Source of the DNA: an uncultured delta proteobacterium | GTDB lineage: Bacteria; Desulfobacterota; Binatia; UBA9968 | Assembly (NCBI GenBank): GCA_963804165.1 | Contig: CAWDPO010000006.1 | Location: 64,001-128,000 of the forward strand | Length of the DNA: 64,000 bases | Reading direction: 5' to 3' | In this document: piece by piece, positions 1-9,654 of the stretch | How positions within the stretch are numbered: position 1 is the stretch's first letter | Layout of the letters: each line of letters begins with the position of its first letter | Made by a program: the position numbers and the translations under genes | The notes under the pieces: model-generated | The model's input: only the letters and a program-made list of their open reading frames with translations | The model's database searches: none | What the model was told of the DNA's origin: nothing

Positions 1-8
1 GGGAAATT

Positions 9-1040
9 TTGACCCTGCTCGGCCCGAGTGGCTGCGGCAAGACCACCACACTGCGCATGGTCGCCGGCTTGGAGACGCCGGACGCCGGCGATATTTTTTT
101 CGGCGACCAAGCAGTGGTCATGACTTCGCGGCGCTTGAATCTGCCGCCGAACAAACGCAACGTCGGCATGGTGTTTCAATCCTACGCCATCTGGCCGCAC
201 ATGACCGTGGCGGAAAACGTTGCCTTTCCGCTAAAAGCACGGCGATTTCCAAAGCGTGAAATTAACGACCGCGTGCAGCATGCTCTCGATCTCGTCGATC
301 TGTCCGGCTTCGAAGACCGGCCCGGGCCGCTGCTCAGCGGCGGCCAGCAACAACGCGTCGCCTTCGCCCGCGCTCTCGTCACCGAGCCCCGCGTCTTGCT
401 GCTCGATGAACCGTTCAGCAACCTCGACGCCAAGCTGCGCGAGCAGATGCGCATCAGCGTCAAGCTATTACAAAAACGCCTGAACGTCGCCATGCTGTTC
501 GTCACCCACGATCAGATCGAAGCGCTGAGTTTGTCGAACCGCGTCGCGCTGATGAACTCCGGCGTCGTGCAGCAACAGGGCCATCCGCGCCTGCTTTACG
601 AAGAACCCGTAAATGAATTCGTCCGCGATTTCGTCGGCCGGACCCTCCTTTTCAAGGGCAAGGTGCAAACGAGCAACCCCTCGGGCCAGCTCGCAATCGC
701 GCTCGCCGGGGCGTGTGACTGCGTCGTGTTTGGCCGCAGCTACAACCCTGACGGCGTTAAGAACGATCAATCGGTATTTATCGGCGTCAGACCGGAAGAC
801 GTGGAAATCCATTCGGCGCGCGGCGCCGAAGCGCCCTCGGGGATGATCGGCGGCACGGCGCAGGCCGCGCTGTTTATCGGCGAGCGCATCGAATATCAGG
901 TCGCCGTCGACGGCCAGGGAACAATGCTGATCTACGGCGAGCGTCACAAACCCATCGACGAAGGCAGCAACGTCTGGCTTAAACTGCGACCGGACGGCCA
1001 CAGCGCGTGGCTTTCCGACTGGTCGCACAAAGAGGAATGA
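9..1040 (+). CDS. ABC transporter ATP-binding protein (Fe3+/spermidine-putrescine family), 5'-truncated by window edge
   Basis: Walker A GPSGCGKT, signature LSGGQQQR, Walker B LLLDEP, C-terminal TOBE-like region. Confidence 0.95.
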   Translation: MTLLGPSGCGKTTTLRMVAGLETPDAGDIFFGDQAVVMTSRRLNLPPNKRNVGMVFQSYAIWPHMTVAENVAFPLKARRFPKREINDRVQHALDLVDLSGFEDRPGPLLSGGQQQRVAFARALVTEPRVLLLDEPFSNLDAKLREQMRISVKLLQKRLNVAMLFVTHDQIEALSLSNRVALMNSGVVQQQGHPRLLYEEPVNEFVRDFVGRTLLFKGKVQTSNPSGQLAIALAGACDCVVFGRSYNPDGVKNDQSVFIGVRPEDVEIHSARGAEAPSGMIGGTAQAALFIGERIEYQVAVDGQGTMLIYGERHKPIDEGSNVWLKLRPDGHSAWLSDWSHKEE

Positions 1041-1046
1041 AAAACC

Positions 1047-1070
1047 AGGGCGTATGCAATACGCCCCTAC
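1047..1070 (-). repeat. GTAG-type REP palindrome
   Basis: AGGGCGTATGCAATACGCCCCTAC: GC stem ending in CTAC (GTAG on minus strand). Confidence 0.75.
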
Positions 1071-1098
1071 GACGATCGGGATTTCAGGAGGAATTCGT

Positions 1099-2325
1099 AT
1101 GGCGAACAATCGCAAGAAGAAAATAGTCGTGCGATGGCGCGAGCGACAAGCATGGTCCGGATTTCGCGTGGGGGCGTCTTGCTATACGCCCTTTCTTTTT
1201 GTGCTAATCGTAAATTCGTTTTTGGTTCATAGCGCCTTAGGCGCCGCTACTCCGTCAAACTTCGAGCAGGAATGGTCCAAGCTCATCGCCGCCGCAAAGC
1301 AAGAAGGCACGCTCGCCGTCGCTTCCGGTGGAGCGCCGTCGCGTCAATACCGACCCGTTGTCGACGCATTCAGCAAAAAATTTGGTGTCAAAGTGGAAGT
1401 CTCTACAGGCAACGCCACCGACACGGTCAATCGGGTGCTCGCGGAGCGAAAAGCCGGAAGATACATCATGGATGTCGCATTGATCAGTAGCCGCGAGAAC
1501 AACCAGAGGTTGGTGCCGTCGGAATCACTAGTGCCGTTTCCTCCCCTGCTCATCCATCCCGACGTGTTGGACACTTCCAATTGGTATCTCGGTCGCCATT
1601 GGTACGCTGACAAAGCATCCGCGTACGCGTTTATCTACCACGTAACCAAAGAGGATCAGTACGAGACTTGGTATAACACCGACAAGCTCAAAGAAGCCGA
1701 GGTCGCGACAATAAAGAAACAGACCGATTTTTTCGATCCGCGCTGGAAAGGGAAGATCCTCGGCCAGGGAATGGGCGACCCATCGGGCATACGGCAGATG
1801 ATCGACAGTTACTTCGAACCCGACCGAGGGCAGGAGTGGGTACGCACGTACCTGCTGAACGCCGGTGTGACGTTTTCGGATGACCGCAGGATCCTGGAGA
1901 CCTGGCTCGTGGGTGGAAGATTTTCGCTGCAAGCTGTCGCCACCGGCACCGAGGAACTCACGGGGCTGGCGAAAAAGGGGCTCCCTATCAAGCAGATCTT
2001 TCTGCCCAAGCAAGTAGGCATGGTTCGCGCGGGCGGGTCCGGCTGCTGCATATCGGTATTTTCAAATGCGCCGCATCCAAGCGCAACCAAACTCTTCGTG
2101 AACTGGTTCCTTTCGAAAGAAGGACAGACATTGACCCATACGCTAGTGCCGAACATCGACCGTTCTTCCTTGCGCAACGATATTCCCTTCGGTGAGGTAA
2201 CGCCGGATCAGCGACGCAAACCGGGTGTCGAGTACGCGTTCCCCGACGCCGACCCTAAATTCGGTCCGCGCCAGGAGGAAGCGCAAAAATGGATCTATAA
2301 AATCTGGGAGTCGAGGCAAAAATAA
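1099..2325 (+). CDS. ABC transporter extracellular solute-binding protein (Fe3+/thiamine-like)
   Basis: AGGAGG RBS before ATG 1099; hydrophobic signal; 'AAAKQEG' start of mature protein and 'APHPSATKLFVNWFLSKEGQ' C-terminal motif; between ATPase and permease. Confidence 0.9.
   Translation: MANNRKKKIVVRWRERQAWSGFRVGASCYTPFLFVLIVNSFLVHSALGAATPSNFEQEWSKLIAAAKQEGTLAVASGGAPSRQYRPVVDAFSKKFGVKVEVSTGNATDTVNRVLAERKAGRYIMDVALISSRENNQRLVPSESLVPFPPLLIHPDVLDTSNWYLGRHWYADKASAYAFIYHVTKEDQYETWYNTDKLKEAEVATIKKQTDFFDPRWKGKILGQGMGDPSGIRQMIDSYFEPDRGQEWVRTYLLNAGVTFSDDRRILETWLVGGRFSLQAVATGTEELTGLAKKGLPIKQIFLPKQVGMVRAGGSGCCISVFSNAPHPSATKLFVNWFLSKEGQTLTHTLVPNIDRSSLRNDIPFGEVTPDQRRKPGVEYAFPDADPKFGPRQEEAQKWIYKIWESRQK
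1168..1192 (+). repeat. Degenerate GTAG-type REP, inverted partner of 1047-1070
   Basis: GTGGGGGCGTCTTGCTATACGCCCT. Confidence 0.55.
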
Positions 2326-2335
2326 CCTGACGGCA

Positions 2336-2418
2336 GTTCCAAAAGTTCCAATCGTTTCAAAGTTCCAAGTCGTTTCGATCGAACCATGATCGAACCTAAC
2401 GATTGGAACACTTGAACG
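2336..2418. repeat. Inverted array of ~9-bp tandem repeats (GTTCCAATC / GATTGGAAC)
   Basis: gttccaaaa-gttccaatc-gtttcaaa-gttccaagtc facing aacgattggaacacttgaac; same unit at 25749, 55381, 58838. Confidence 0.75.
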
Positions 2419-2433
2419 TCCGAAAAGTCGCCC

Positions 2434-4212
2434 GTGGACCAATCCCCCGCCATAGATCAACTCGCCATCGCGCCGGGTGTGCCGACTGCGCGCCTGACCA
2501 AAGGCCATTTCATAATGGCGGTAGTGCTGATCGCACTCGGCTACTTGCTCATTTGGCCGGTGCTGCTGCTTCTGATCAATAGTTTTAACGCCGCCTCAGA
2601 CTGGTTTGTCGAGCCGCGCACCTGGGGAGTCAAGCACTGGGTGAATGCGTTTCAACGGCCCGGCCTGCTGACCTCTCTCGGTAACTCTCTGCTCATCTGG
2701 TCTCTGACCGTCAGCGTCAGCTTTCCCGTGGGCGTGGCGATCGCCTGGCTGCTCGCGCGCACTAAGATTCCTTTCAGCCATACCTTGGAATTTCTCTTTT
2801 GGGTTTCTTACATGGTTCCCGCTCTGCCGACGACCATCGCTTGGATCACTTTGCTCGATCCCGATATCGGCATGATCAACGTCGCGCTGAAAAATTTATT
2901 CCATCTCGACCAGGGGCCGTTCAATATTTTCAGCGTGCCAGGAATCGTTTGGGCGAACCTGATGGGCCACGGCATCTCGATCAAAGTCATGCTGTTGACA
3001 CCGGCGTTCCGCAATATGGATTCCACGCTCGAGGAGGCGGCTCGCGTCGGCGGCGCGAGCAATTTGCGAACGCTCTTTAAAGTCACCCTGCCGCTCATGA
3101 TCTCGCCGATGATGATGGTTTTCGCGCTCCAGCTTCTGCGCGTCTTCCAATCCTTCGAGACCGAATACCTGCTGGGCATGCCTTTCGGCTTTTTCGTGTA
3201 CTCGACCAAGATTTTCACCTTGATCAGAAATCAAATTCCCAATTACGGCGAAGCCACCGTTCTGGCGAGCCTCACTTTGCTGATGATCGCCTTGATCATC
3301 CCGCTGCAACGCTGGATTCTCGAGCGGCGCCGCTACACCACGATCACCGGGAGCTTTCGTCCCGGCCTGATCGATGTCGGTAAATGGAATTACGTCACCT
3401 TCGGCGGCATCGCTCTGCTGCTCGCGCTGTTAACCGTTGGACCGCTCGCCATCTTGGTGCTCGGCAGCTTCATGCAGCGCATCGGCTATTTCGTCTTGGG
3501 ATACACGCTCGATCATTGGCGCTTTGTGTTGGGCGACCCGGTCTTCGTCAAGGCGCTGCGCACCACCCTGATACTCGCCGTAACAGCGGCGGTTTGCAGT
3601 CCGTTCATCTTCTCCGTCCTTGCCTACATCCTGGTGCGCACGCGCTTGCCCGGGCGCGGCGCGTTGGATCTGATGATTTGGAGCGCCGGCGCAATTCCCG
3701 GCATTCTCGCCGGGCTCGGTTTGCTATGGGTTTTTATCGGCACGCCGGGGCTGAATTTTTTATTCGGCACCATCTGGGCTTTGATCATAGTCGTCATGCT
3801 CCAGGGAAAGACCACCGGCGTCAACATCATGAAAGGCGTGCTCGTGCAGGTCGGCGCCGACATGGAAGAGGCCGCGCGCGTCTCCGGCGCGGGTTGGATC
3901 AGAACTTACTTCCGCATTTGGCTGCCGCTGTTGATGCCGACGTTGATTCTCCTCGCGGTGATGAATTTCGTCAGCGCTGCCGGCGCCACCAGCAGTATTA
4001 TCTTGCTCGCATCGCGCGACACGATGACGCTATCGCTGATGGCTTTGGAGCTCTCGTCGGTCGCAGTCAGTAATCGCGAAGCGGCAAGCATCATCAGCAT
4101 CTTCATCGTTGGTTTCACGATGACGGGTGCGCTGCTTGTCCGATACTTGGGCCGCCGATTCGGCGTGCGCCACGATATGCACGCCGGCGAAGGTGCCCAC
4201 CGCCGACTTTAG
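2434..4212 (+). CDS. Iron(III)-type ABC transporter permease (two BPD_transp_1 domains)
   Basis: Many TM segments, two EAA motifs (LEEAARVGGA, MEEAARVSGA). Confidence 0.95.
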   Translation: MDQSPAIDQLAIAPGVPTARLTKGHFIMAVVLIALGYLLIWPVLLLLINSFNAASDWFVEPRTWGVKHWVNAFQRPGLLTSLGNSLLIWSLTVSVSFPVGVAIAWLLARTKIPFSHTLEFLFWVSYMVPALPTTIAWITLLDPDIGMINVALKNLFHLDQGPFNIFSVPGIVWANLMGHGISIKVMLLTPAFRNMDSTLEEAARVGGASNLRTLFKVTLPLMISPMMMVFALQLLRVFQSFETEYLLGMPFGFFVYSTKIFTLIRNQIPNYGEATVLASLTLLMIALIIPLQRWILERRRYTTITGSFRPGLIDVGKWNYVTFGGIALLLALLTVGPLAILVLGSFMQRIGYFVLGYTLDHWRFVLGDPVFVKALRTTLILAVTAAVCSPFIFSVLAYILVRTRLPGRGALDLMIWSAGAIPGILAGLGLLWVFIGTPGLNFLFGTIWALIIVVMLQGKTTGVNIMKGVLVQVGADMEEAARVSGAGWIRTYFRIWLPLLMPTLILLAVMNFVSAAGATSSIILLASRDTMTLSLMALELSSVAVSNREAASIISIFIVGFTMTGALLVRYLGRRFGVRHDMHAGEGAHRRL

Positions 4213-4296
4213 CGCGGGCACATTCGACTTGAAGCCTCCTCAATGACTTTGATAAAGTCTGTCAGCTTTGGGTCGAGCTAGTGAGGCGACGGAAGG

Positions 4297-4752
4297 ATGG
4301 CCATCAAATCGCTGCTGCAAATTGTGCTCGCCGCCGTCTGCGCAGCGCTTGCCGCCACCGGCGGACCGGGACACGCAGCAGAAATCGGCCAGATCAAAAA
4401 CACCGCGGGGCAGGTTTTTCTGCTGCGCAACAACAACCAGCAGCCGGCCAAGCCCGGTGATCTGATCGAGCAAGCCGATGTCATCGTCACCGGTTCCAAC
4501 GGCTCCGTCGGCGTCACGCTCATCGACAACTCGCGGCTATCCGCCGGCCCAAATAGTCGGGTCGAGTTCAAACAGTTTCGCTTCAATCCAACCACCCAGG
4601 AAGGCGAATCGCTCGCCCACTTGCACCGCGGCACCCTCGCCATCGTCTCGGGACAGATCGCCAAGCGTTCGGCGGACGCCATGAAGGTGCAGACGCCGAC
4701 GACGATTCTCGGCGTGCGCGGCACCAAATTCGCGGTCAAAGTGGAAGAATGA
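4297..4752 (+). CDS. Secreted FecR-domain protein
   Basis: Signal peptide; 'VQTPTTILGVRGTKF' FecR-type motif; GGAAGG RBS. Confidence 0.88.
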   Translation: MAIKSLLQIVLAAVCAALAATGGPGHAAEIGQIKNTAGQVFLLRNNNQQPAKPGDLIEQADVIVTGSNGSVGVTLIDNSRLSAGPNSRVEFKQFRFNPTTQEGESLAHLHRGTLAIVSGQIAKRSADAMKVQTPTTILGVRGTKFAVKVEE

Positions 4753-4765
4753 CCGCCGTCACAAT

Positions 4766-5369
4766 GTGAATTTCCTCAAGCCGTTCGTCATTCTGGTTTT
4801 GGCCGCGGCGCTTTTTGTTTCCGGCTGCGCTAGCGTCAATACCTTTGTCGTTTTGCTGCCAGAAGAAGGCGGCGCGCCCGGCGCGGTCACAGTCGGCGCG
4901 GGCAACCAAACGGCAAGACTCGATAGGCCCTACAGCGCCGCCGCCGTCGATGCCAAGAGCAACATCGAGACGAAAACCATCACCGCGGAAGATGCCAACC
5001 GCACTTTCGCCGACGCGCTCGCGGCTCAGCCGCCCCCGCCGATCAGTTTCACTCTCTATTTTGAAACCAATAGTGTCGAAGTCGCGGCCGCGTCACGGCC
5101 AACCCTCGATACGCTGCTCGCCGACGTGGCCAAACGACAAGCCGTGGAGGTCCAAGTGACCGGCCACACCGATCGGGTCGGCAGCATAGCGGACAATGAC
5201 CGATTGTCGCTGCAGCGCGCCGAAGCTGTACGCGCCATGCTGATACAACGCGGCATCAACTCGAGCGTTCCTGCGCACCGTGGGCCGCGGCGAGCGCGAG
5301 CCATTGGTGCCGACCGCCGACGAACAAGCCGAGCCACGTAACCGCCGGGTCGAAGTCATCGTGCGCTGA
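4766..5369 (+). CDS. OmpA-family lipoprotein (frameshift near 5268)
   Basis: Lipobox VSGC; VTGHTDRVG...NDRLSLQRAEAV; C-terminus GRGEREPLVPT...PRNRRVEVIVR* continues in a shifted frame to TGA 5367-5369. Confidence 0.88.
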
Positions 5370-5386
5370 TCGTGAAAGGGAAGAAA

Positions 5387-5455
5387 TGAGGAGTCAAAAG
5401 TGAGGAGTCAGGAGTCCACCGCGTATTCCCTTACTCCTAGCTCTTACTCCTTACT
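5387..5455. repeat. Inverted 7-bp tandem repeat array between convergent genes (possible bidirectional terminator)
   Basis: tgaggagtca...ggagtc facing ttactcctag-ctcttactcc-ttact; overlaps the stop of the PP2C gene. Confidence 0.6.
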
Positions 5456-7595
5456 GTTTTGAATGAAGCGTAGCGCGAGAATCGTAAGATCGTCCGACGG
5501 CGGCGCGCCCGCGGTGAATTTTTTCACGTCTGCGTGCAGCCGCGTGCAGGCCGCTGCCGCATCGGCGGCACGCTCTTCGGCGAAACATTGGATCGCGCGC
5601 GATGTGCCGTAGTGCGCTTGGTGTTCATTTTCCGCCTCGGTCACACCGTCGGTTATAAAAAGCAAACCATCGCCGGACGCGAGCTTCACCCGCTGGATCG
5701 TGTAAGAAAACTCTTCATCCACACAAAGCGGCGGTCCGTCGGCGCCGTCGAGTTGCAACGGCGACCCCGTCGATGGCAACAAAATCGGCGCATTGTGGCC
5801 GGCGTTGCATAGCTCCACGTCGCCGGAGCGCGCGTCGATGATACCGATGATCGCCGTCACAAACATCGCCGCCGGGTTTTCCCGAGAAATCTCGTCGTTG
5901 ACCAAACGCAGCAATTGCTCCAACGGCACGCGCTCCCGGCGCGCCAGACTCTTGGCCAGCGTCTTGGTCAGAGCCATAAAGAGCGACGCGGCAACCCCCT
6001 TACCGGAAACATCGCCAATCATGAAACACAAGCGGCAGCTCGTCGAGCATGAACGCATCATACAGGTCGCCGCCGACTTCTTGCGCCGGCTCCAACAGGG
6101 CGTAGAAATCAATGGTTCGAGGCAGGCCTTCGATGGCGCGGGGATTGGGCAGCATGCCCATCTGAATTTCGCGCGCCGCGCGCAGCTCCCCGTCCATGCG
6201 CAAACGCTCCATGCGTTGCTCTTCCAAGACCGCAGCGAGCTCGCGCCGTCGCCGCTCCGACGCGGCAAATCCGGCGAACAGTAGCAGCAAAATGACGAGC
6301 GTGTTTATCGCGAAGGGAAAAGTCGGATCGTAGAGAAAATGGTACTGCCTGAAGAGCATTAAACTGAGGATCGCCAGGACCACAGTGCCGCCAAACAATA
6401 TCGCCGCGGTATGGATCGGGCGAAGCTGCGGAAAGAAAAGAATCAGCGGCAGAGCAAGCGCGAACAATGACAGCAATTCCCACCAGCGCGCCGACGGCGG
6501 CCGCTGCAGGCGGCTGCCTTCAAGAATATTTTCCACGAATTGAGCTTGGATCTCGACGCCGTCCATGCGCGAGTTGGCCGGCGTCGCGGCCACGTCGCTG
6601 ACGCCCACGGCTGTGGCGCCGACGATCGCCACTTGACCCGCCAGAGCGCCGGATTTGACTTCGCCGTTGAGAATCTCTGCCGCGGAAATTCGCCGCGCAG
6701 CGTAGGCCGGCGAATAATAAAGCCGCATGCGGCCATCGCCGTCGGTCGGGATGAACGAGTCACCGATTTGCACGCCGACCACGCCGCTCTGGTCGCTGCG
6801 CACGCTGTATTGTTTCTCGCCGGTGGCGACACGCAGAATTTCCAGGGCCAGCGCCGGCGCCGGCGCGCCGTTGACCGCCATGATCAATGGCATGGCGCGC
6901 AACGTGCCATCGCTGTCGCGCGTATCGTTGACGTAGCCGCGCCCCGTTGCCGCCGCTTCGATCTCGGGAAGATTGGCAAGCTCCGCCGGGAACGAGCGCA
7001 AATGAGGCAGCGGCGATTCGCCGATGATGATCACCGGGGTTTGCGTGGCAACAGGGCTCGCCTTCGGTTTACCGTCAAGTGCGGCACGCGCAATCACCGA
7101 TGGAACCCGGCGCATTGTATTCGCCAAAACCGCGTCGTTGGAGGGCAGCTGCGCGAGCGCATCGCGCTGCGTTGGGGTCAGTTCGGACCGGCTCGCAAGG
7201 AGATAGCGTGGAGAAAGATCGTCCGCCTCCGGCATGATGATATCGATCCCAACCGCCAGTGCGCCAAGCTTGTGCGTCGCCTCGATCAACTGTGCCAGGC
7301 GCGTGCGCGGCCACGGCCAGCGGCCAAACGCAGCGAGACTGCGGTCGTCGATATCGATGATCACCGCGGGAAAGCGGGAAACCTGCCGCGGCATGAAGCG
7401 CTGGTAGGCGTCGAATACGAGATTGCGCGGCGGGCTCCAAACCCGATCGCCTACGGTAATGTGAAACAGAGCGGCGACAAGCAACAGCGCGACGGCAGCG
7501 CTTCGCCCTTCGCCGTGACACAGCCGGGTCAACAGCGGCGCGGACCACCAGCCGCCAGTCAAATTTTTGGCGAAGTCTCCGTCTGTGGTCGTCAA
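5444..7595 (-). CDS. CHASE2-domain membrane sensor fused to SpoIIE/PP2C phosphatase (frameshift near 6035)
   Basis: CHASE2 motifs IDIDDRSL..GRWPWPR and GVEIQA, three TM helices, then PP2C motifs VGGDLYD, GDVSGKG, NAGH, TDGVTEA, SDDLT split across ORFs 6000-7595 and 5444-6268. Confidence 0.9.
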
Positions 7596-7599
7596 GAGC

Positions 7600-8562
7600 T
7601 TACACGTCGATGACTAACCCGTCGTAGGCGGCGGAGACTTGGAGCGCCTGCCCGTCACCGGCGATCTCGGCATAACGGCGGGTCTCGCCGAGGATGGTAT
7701 GAATGGTCTCATCGCCGTGAGCAGGCTCGTGATGGAACATGCAGTAATGCTTGACGTGCGCCCGTAAGCAGAGATCGACGCCGACCACGTTGCTCGAATG
7801 CCCCCAGTCCTCTTTGGAGTTGATCATCTCGTTGAGGGAGTACATGGCATCGAGCACGACCAGATCCGCGTTGCGATAAAATTCCACGATGCCTTCCGTT
7901 TCCGGCTCTGATTGCAGTTTATGTTCGGTATCGGTGGAATAGACCAAAGCTTTGCCGTTCTGCTCGAAGCGGTAGCCGTAGGAATCCCCGGGATGCGGCT
8001 GCAACTTCGCCTTGACCCGCAGACCATCGATTTCGTACCAGAGATCCGCGTCCAAATGGACAAATTCGATGGTCGCGCCTAAGTGGTTCCATTTCACCGG
8101 AAAACAGGGAGCCGAGTGCTGACGGCGAAACGCTTCTTCGAGCACGGCGACGGGATGCCCGCCGTGAATGCGGATGGTATTGCCCGGGATGTAGGCGGGC
8201 GTAAAGAACGGGAAGCCCATGATGTGGTCCCAATGCACATGGGACATAAAAAAATTGTAGATTTGCGGCTGCCCCGTCCCGTGTTTTCTCATGACCCGTT
8301 GACCTAGACAACGCAGGCCTGACCCCATGTCGCAGCACGTGTAATGATCTCCGCCGATGATTTCCATGCAGGACGAGTTGCCACCGTAAGTGGAACGCAC
8401 TGGAAACTCCAATTCGGCGTCGATGAATTGTTCGGCAGCGCCTGCGTTGTCGAAACGCCTGCCGTTGGCTTTGAGCAAGGCCCGCCTGACTTTCTCCCGG
8501 ATCGCCACACCGTCCGGCGCCACGGGAAGCGAGCCGCGCGTGCCCCAAAAATATGCCTGCAT
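7600..8562 (-). CDS. MBL-fold metallo-hydrolase (RNase Z / cyclic nucleotide phosphodiesterase-like)
   Basis: WGTRGS, GGNSSC, SHVHWDHIMG, TDTEH, WGHS, FHHEP motifs. Confidence 0.9.
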   Translation of the reverse strand: MQAYFWGTRGSLPVAPDGVAIREKVRRALLKANGRRFDNAGAAEQFIDAELEFPVRSTYGGNSSCMEIIGGDHYTCCDMGSGLRCLGQRVMRKHGTGQPQIYNFFMSHVHWDHIMGFPFFTPAYIPGNTIRIHGGHPVAVLEEAFRRQHSAPCFPVKWNHLGATIEFVHLDADLWYEIDGLRVKAKLQPHPGDSYGYRFEQNGKALVYSTDTEHKLQSEPETEGIVEFYRNADLVVLDAMYSLNEMINSKEDWGHSSNVVGVDLCLRAHVKHYCMFHHEPAHGDETIHTILGETRRYAEIAGDGQALQVSAAYDGLVIDV

Positions 8563-8580
8563 CTTTCCTCCGGGATACCC

Positions 8581-9033
8581 TCAAGTCGCTGCCGGTTCAC
8601 CGCGCAGCCTGGGGGTCGCATGGACGATCACATACAACACATTGCGGATATCTTCACGCCGATAGCTTGCCTCGTCAATGAGAGCGCGCAACATCGGCAC
8701 GCCGATGCCGCCGACATCGCGCCGATCAAGATCCACCGAAAGATCCGGCGCCGACAGGGCCAGCATATTGAAGGCCCGGCCATAGTCGACAAACTCCAGC
8801 GCCAATTTCGCGCCGTCGAGCGGCTCGCAGCAAAGCTCTACGCTGCCGAGCTGATCGCCATAGCTGTGCCGGCAAATATTGGCGACTATCTCTTCGACCA
8901 CCAGCTCGATTTCGCGCACGCGGGCGAGGGGAAAGCCCGCTTCAAGCGCCCGCGCCGCGGCGAATTCCGTACAGCGCGCCACCGCGTCGATGGTGGGCGA
9001 CGACATCCAGCCGCTCGCTCCTGGCTCCGTCAT
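8581..9033 (-). CDS. Anti-sigma factor Ser/Thr kinase (RsbW/SpoIIAB-like HATPase)
   Basis: EEIVANICRHSY N-box, DYG G1 box, GGIG G2 box. Confidence 0.9.
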   Translation of the reverse strand: MTEPGASGWMSSPTIDAVARCTEFAAARALEAGFPLARVREIELVVEEIVANICRHSYGDQLGSVELCCEPLDGAKLALEFVDYGRAFNMLALSAPDLSVDLDRRDVGGIGVPMLRALIDEASYRREDIRNVLYVIVHATPRLRGEPAAT

Positions 9034-9038
9034 TGCCG

Positions 9039-9413
9039 CTATCCTTTGCCGTACAACGCCGCGGCTGCCGGAGAGATCGCCGCCAGCGCTTGGCGTACGG
9101 TGGGATAGATCTCCAGCACCTTGTCGAAGCGTCCGATCTTGAAAACTTCTTGAATGGTCGGCTTTAGGGCAGCGAGCACCATCTTGCCGCCCTGCTTGCG
9201 ACAGCCCTTCGCCGCGATCATCAATACCCGCAAGCCGGCGCTGCTCATGTAGTTGACCTTGCTGAGGTCGAGCAGCAATTTTTTGTCTTCACCGGCGCAT
9301 CCGTTGACGTGACGCAACAAGGAGCTGCCAAAAGCGGGTGCGGTTCCGTGGTCGATGCGTCCTGCGACTTCGATGAGCACGACGTTGGCGAGCTTTCGTT
9401 CTTTGCATTCCAT
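9039..9413 (-). CDS. STAS anti-sigma factor antagonist (RsbV/SpoIIAA-like)
   Basis: DLSKVNYMSSAGLRVL phospho-Ser motif. Confidence 0.92.
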   Translation of the reverse strand: MECKERKLANVVLIEVAGRIDHGTAPAFGSSLLRHVNGCAGEDKKLLLDLSKVNYMSSAGLRVLMIAAKGCRKQGGKMVLAALKPTIQEVFKIGRFDKVLEIYPTVRQALAAISPAAAALYGKG

Positions 9414-9654
9414 CTTCGCACCTCGCGGGCTTGCCGACTTTCGTTAACGGCGCCGGCTGCACGGCAACATCGATCCGAGGCGTGACGCAAACCATGACAA
9501 TGCCGTCAAGCTACAATTTACTCTGTGCAACACGAGAAACAAAGTCCCAAAAATAGCCCGCAGCTTAGCGCAACGGCCATCGCCGGACGTTCGTTATTGC
9601 TTTTTCTCCCCGCCTGAACTAATCAGACCTATCAGTTAGTCAGGAGGTTTTACA

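Noticed and set aside
6540-7613. Long antisense ORFs (6540-7613, 32858-33880, 31830-32669 and others)
   Set aside because: Shadows of well-supported genes on the opposite strand in GC-rich DNA; no motifs
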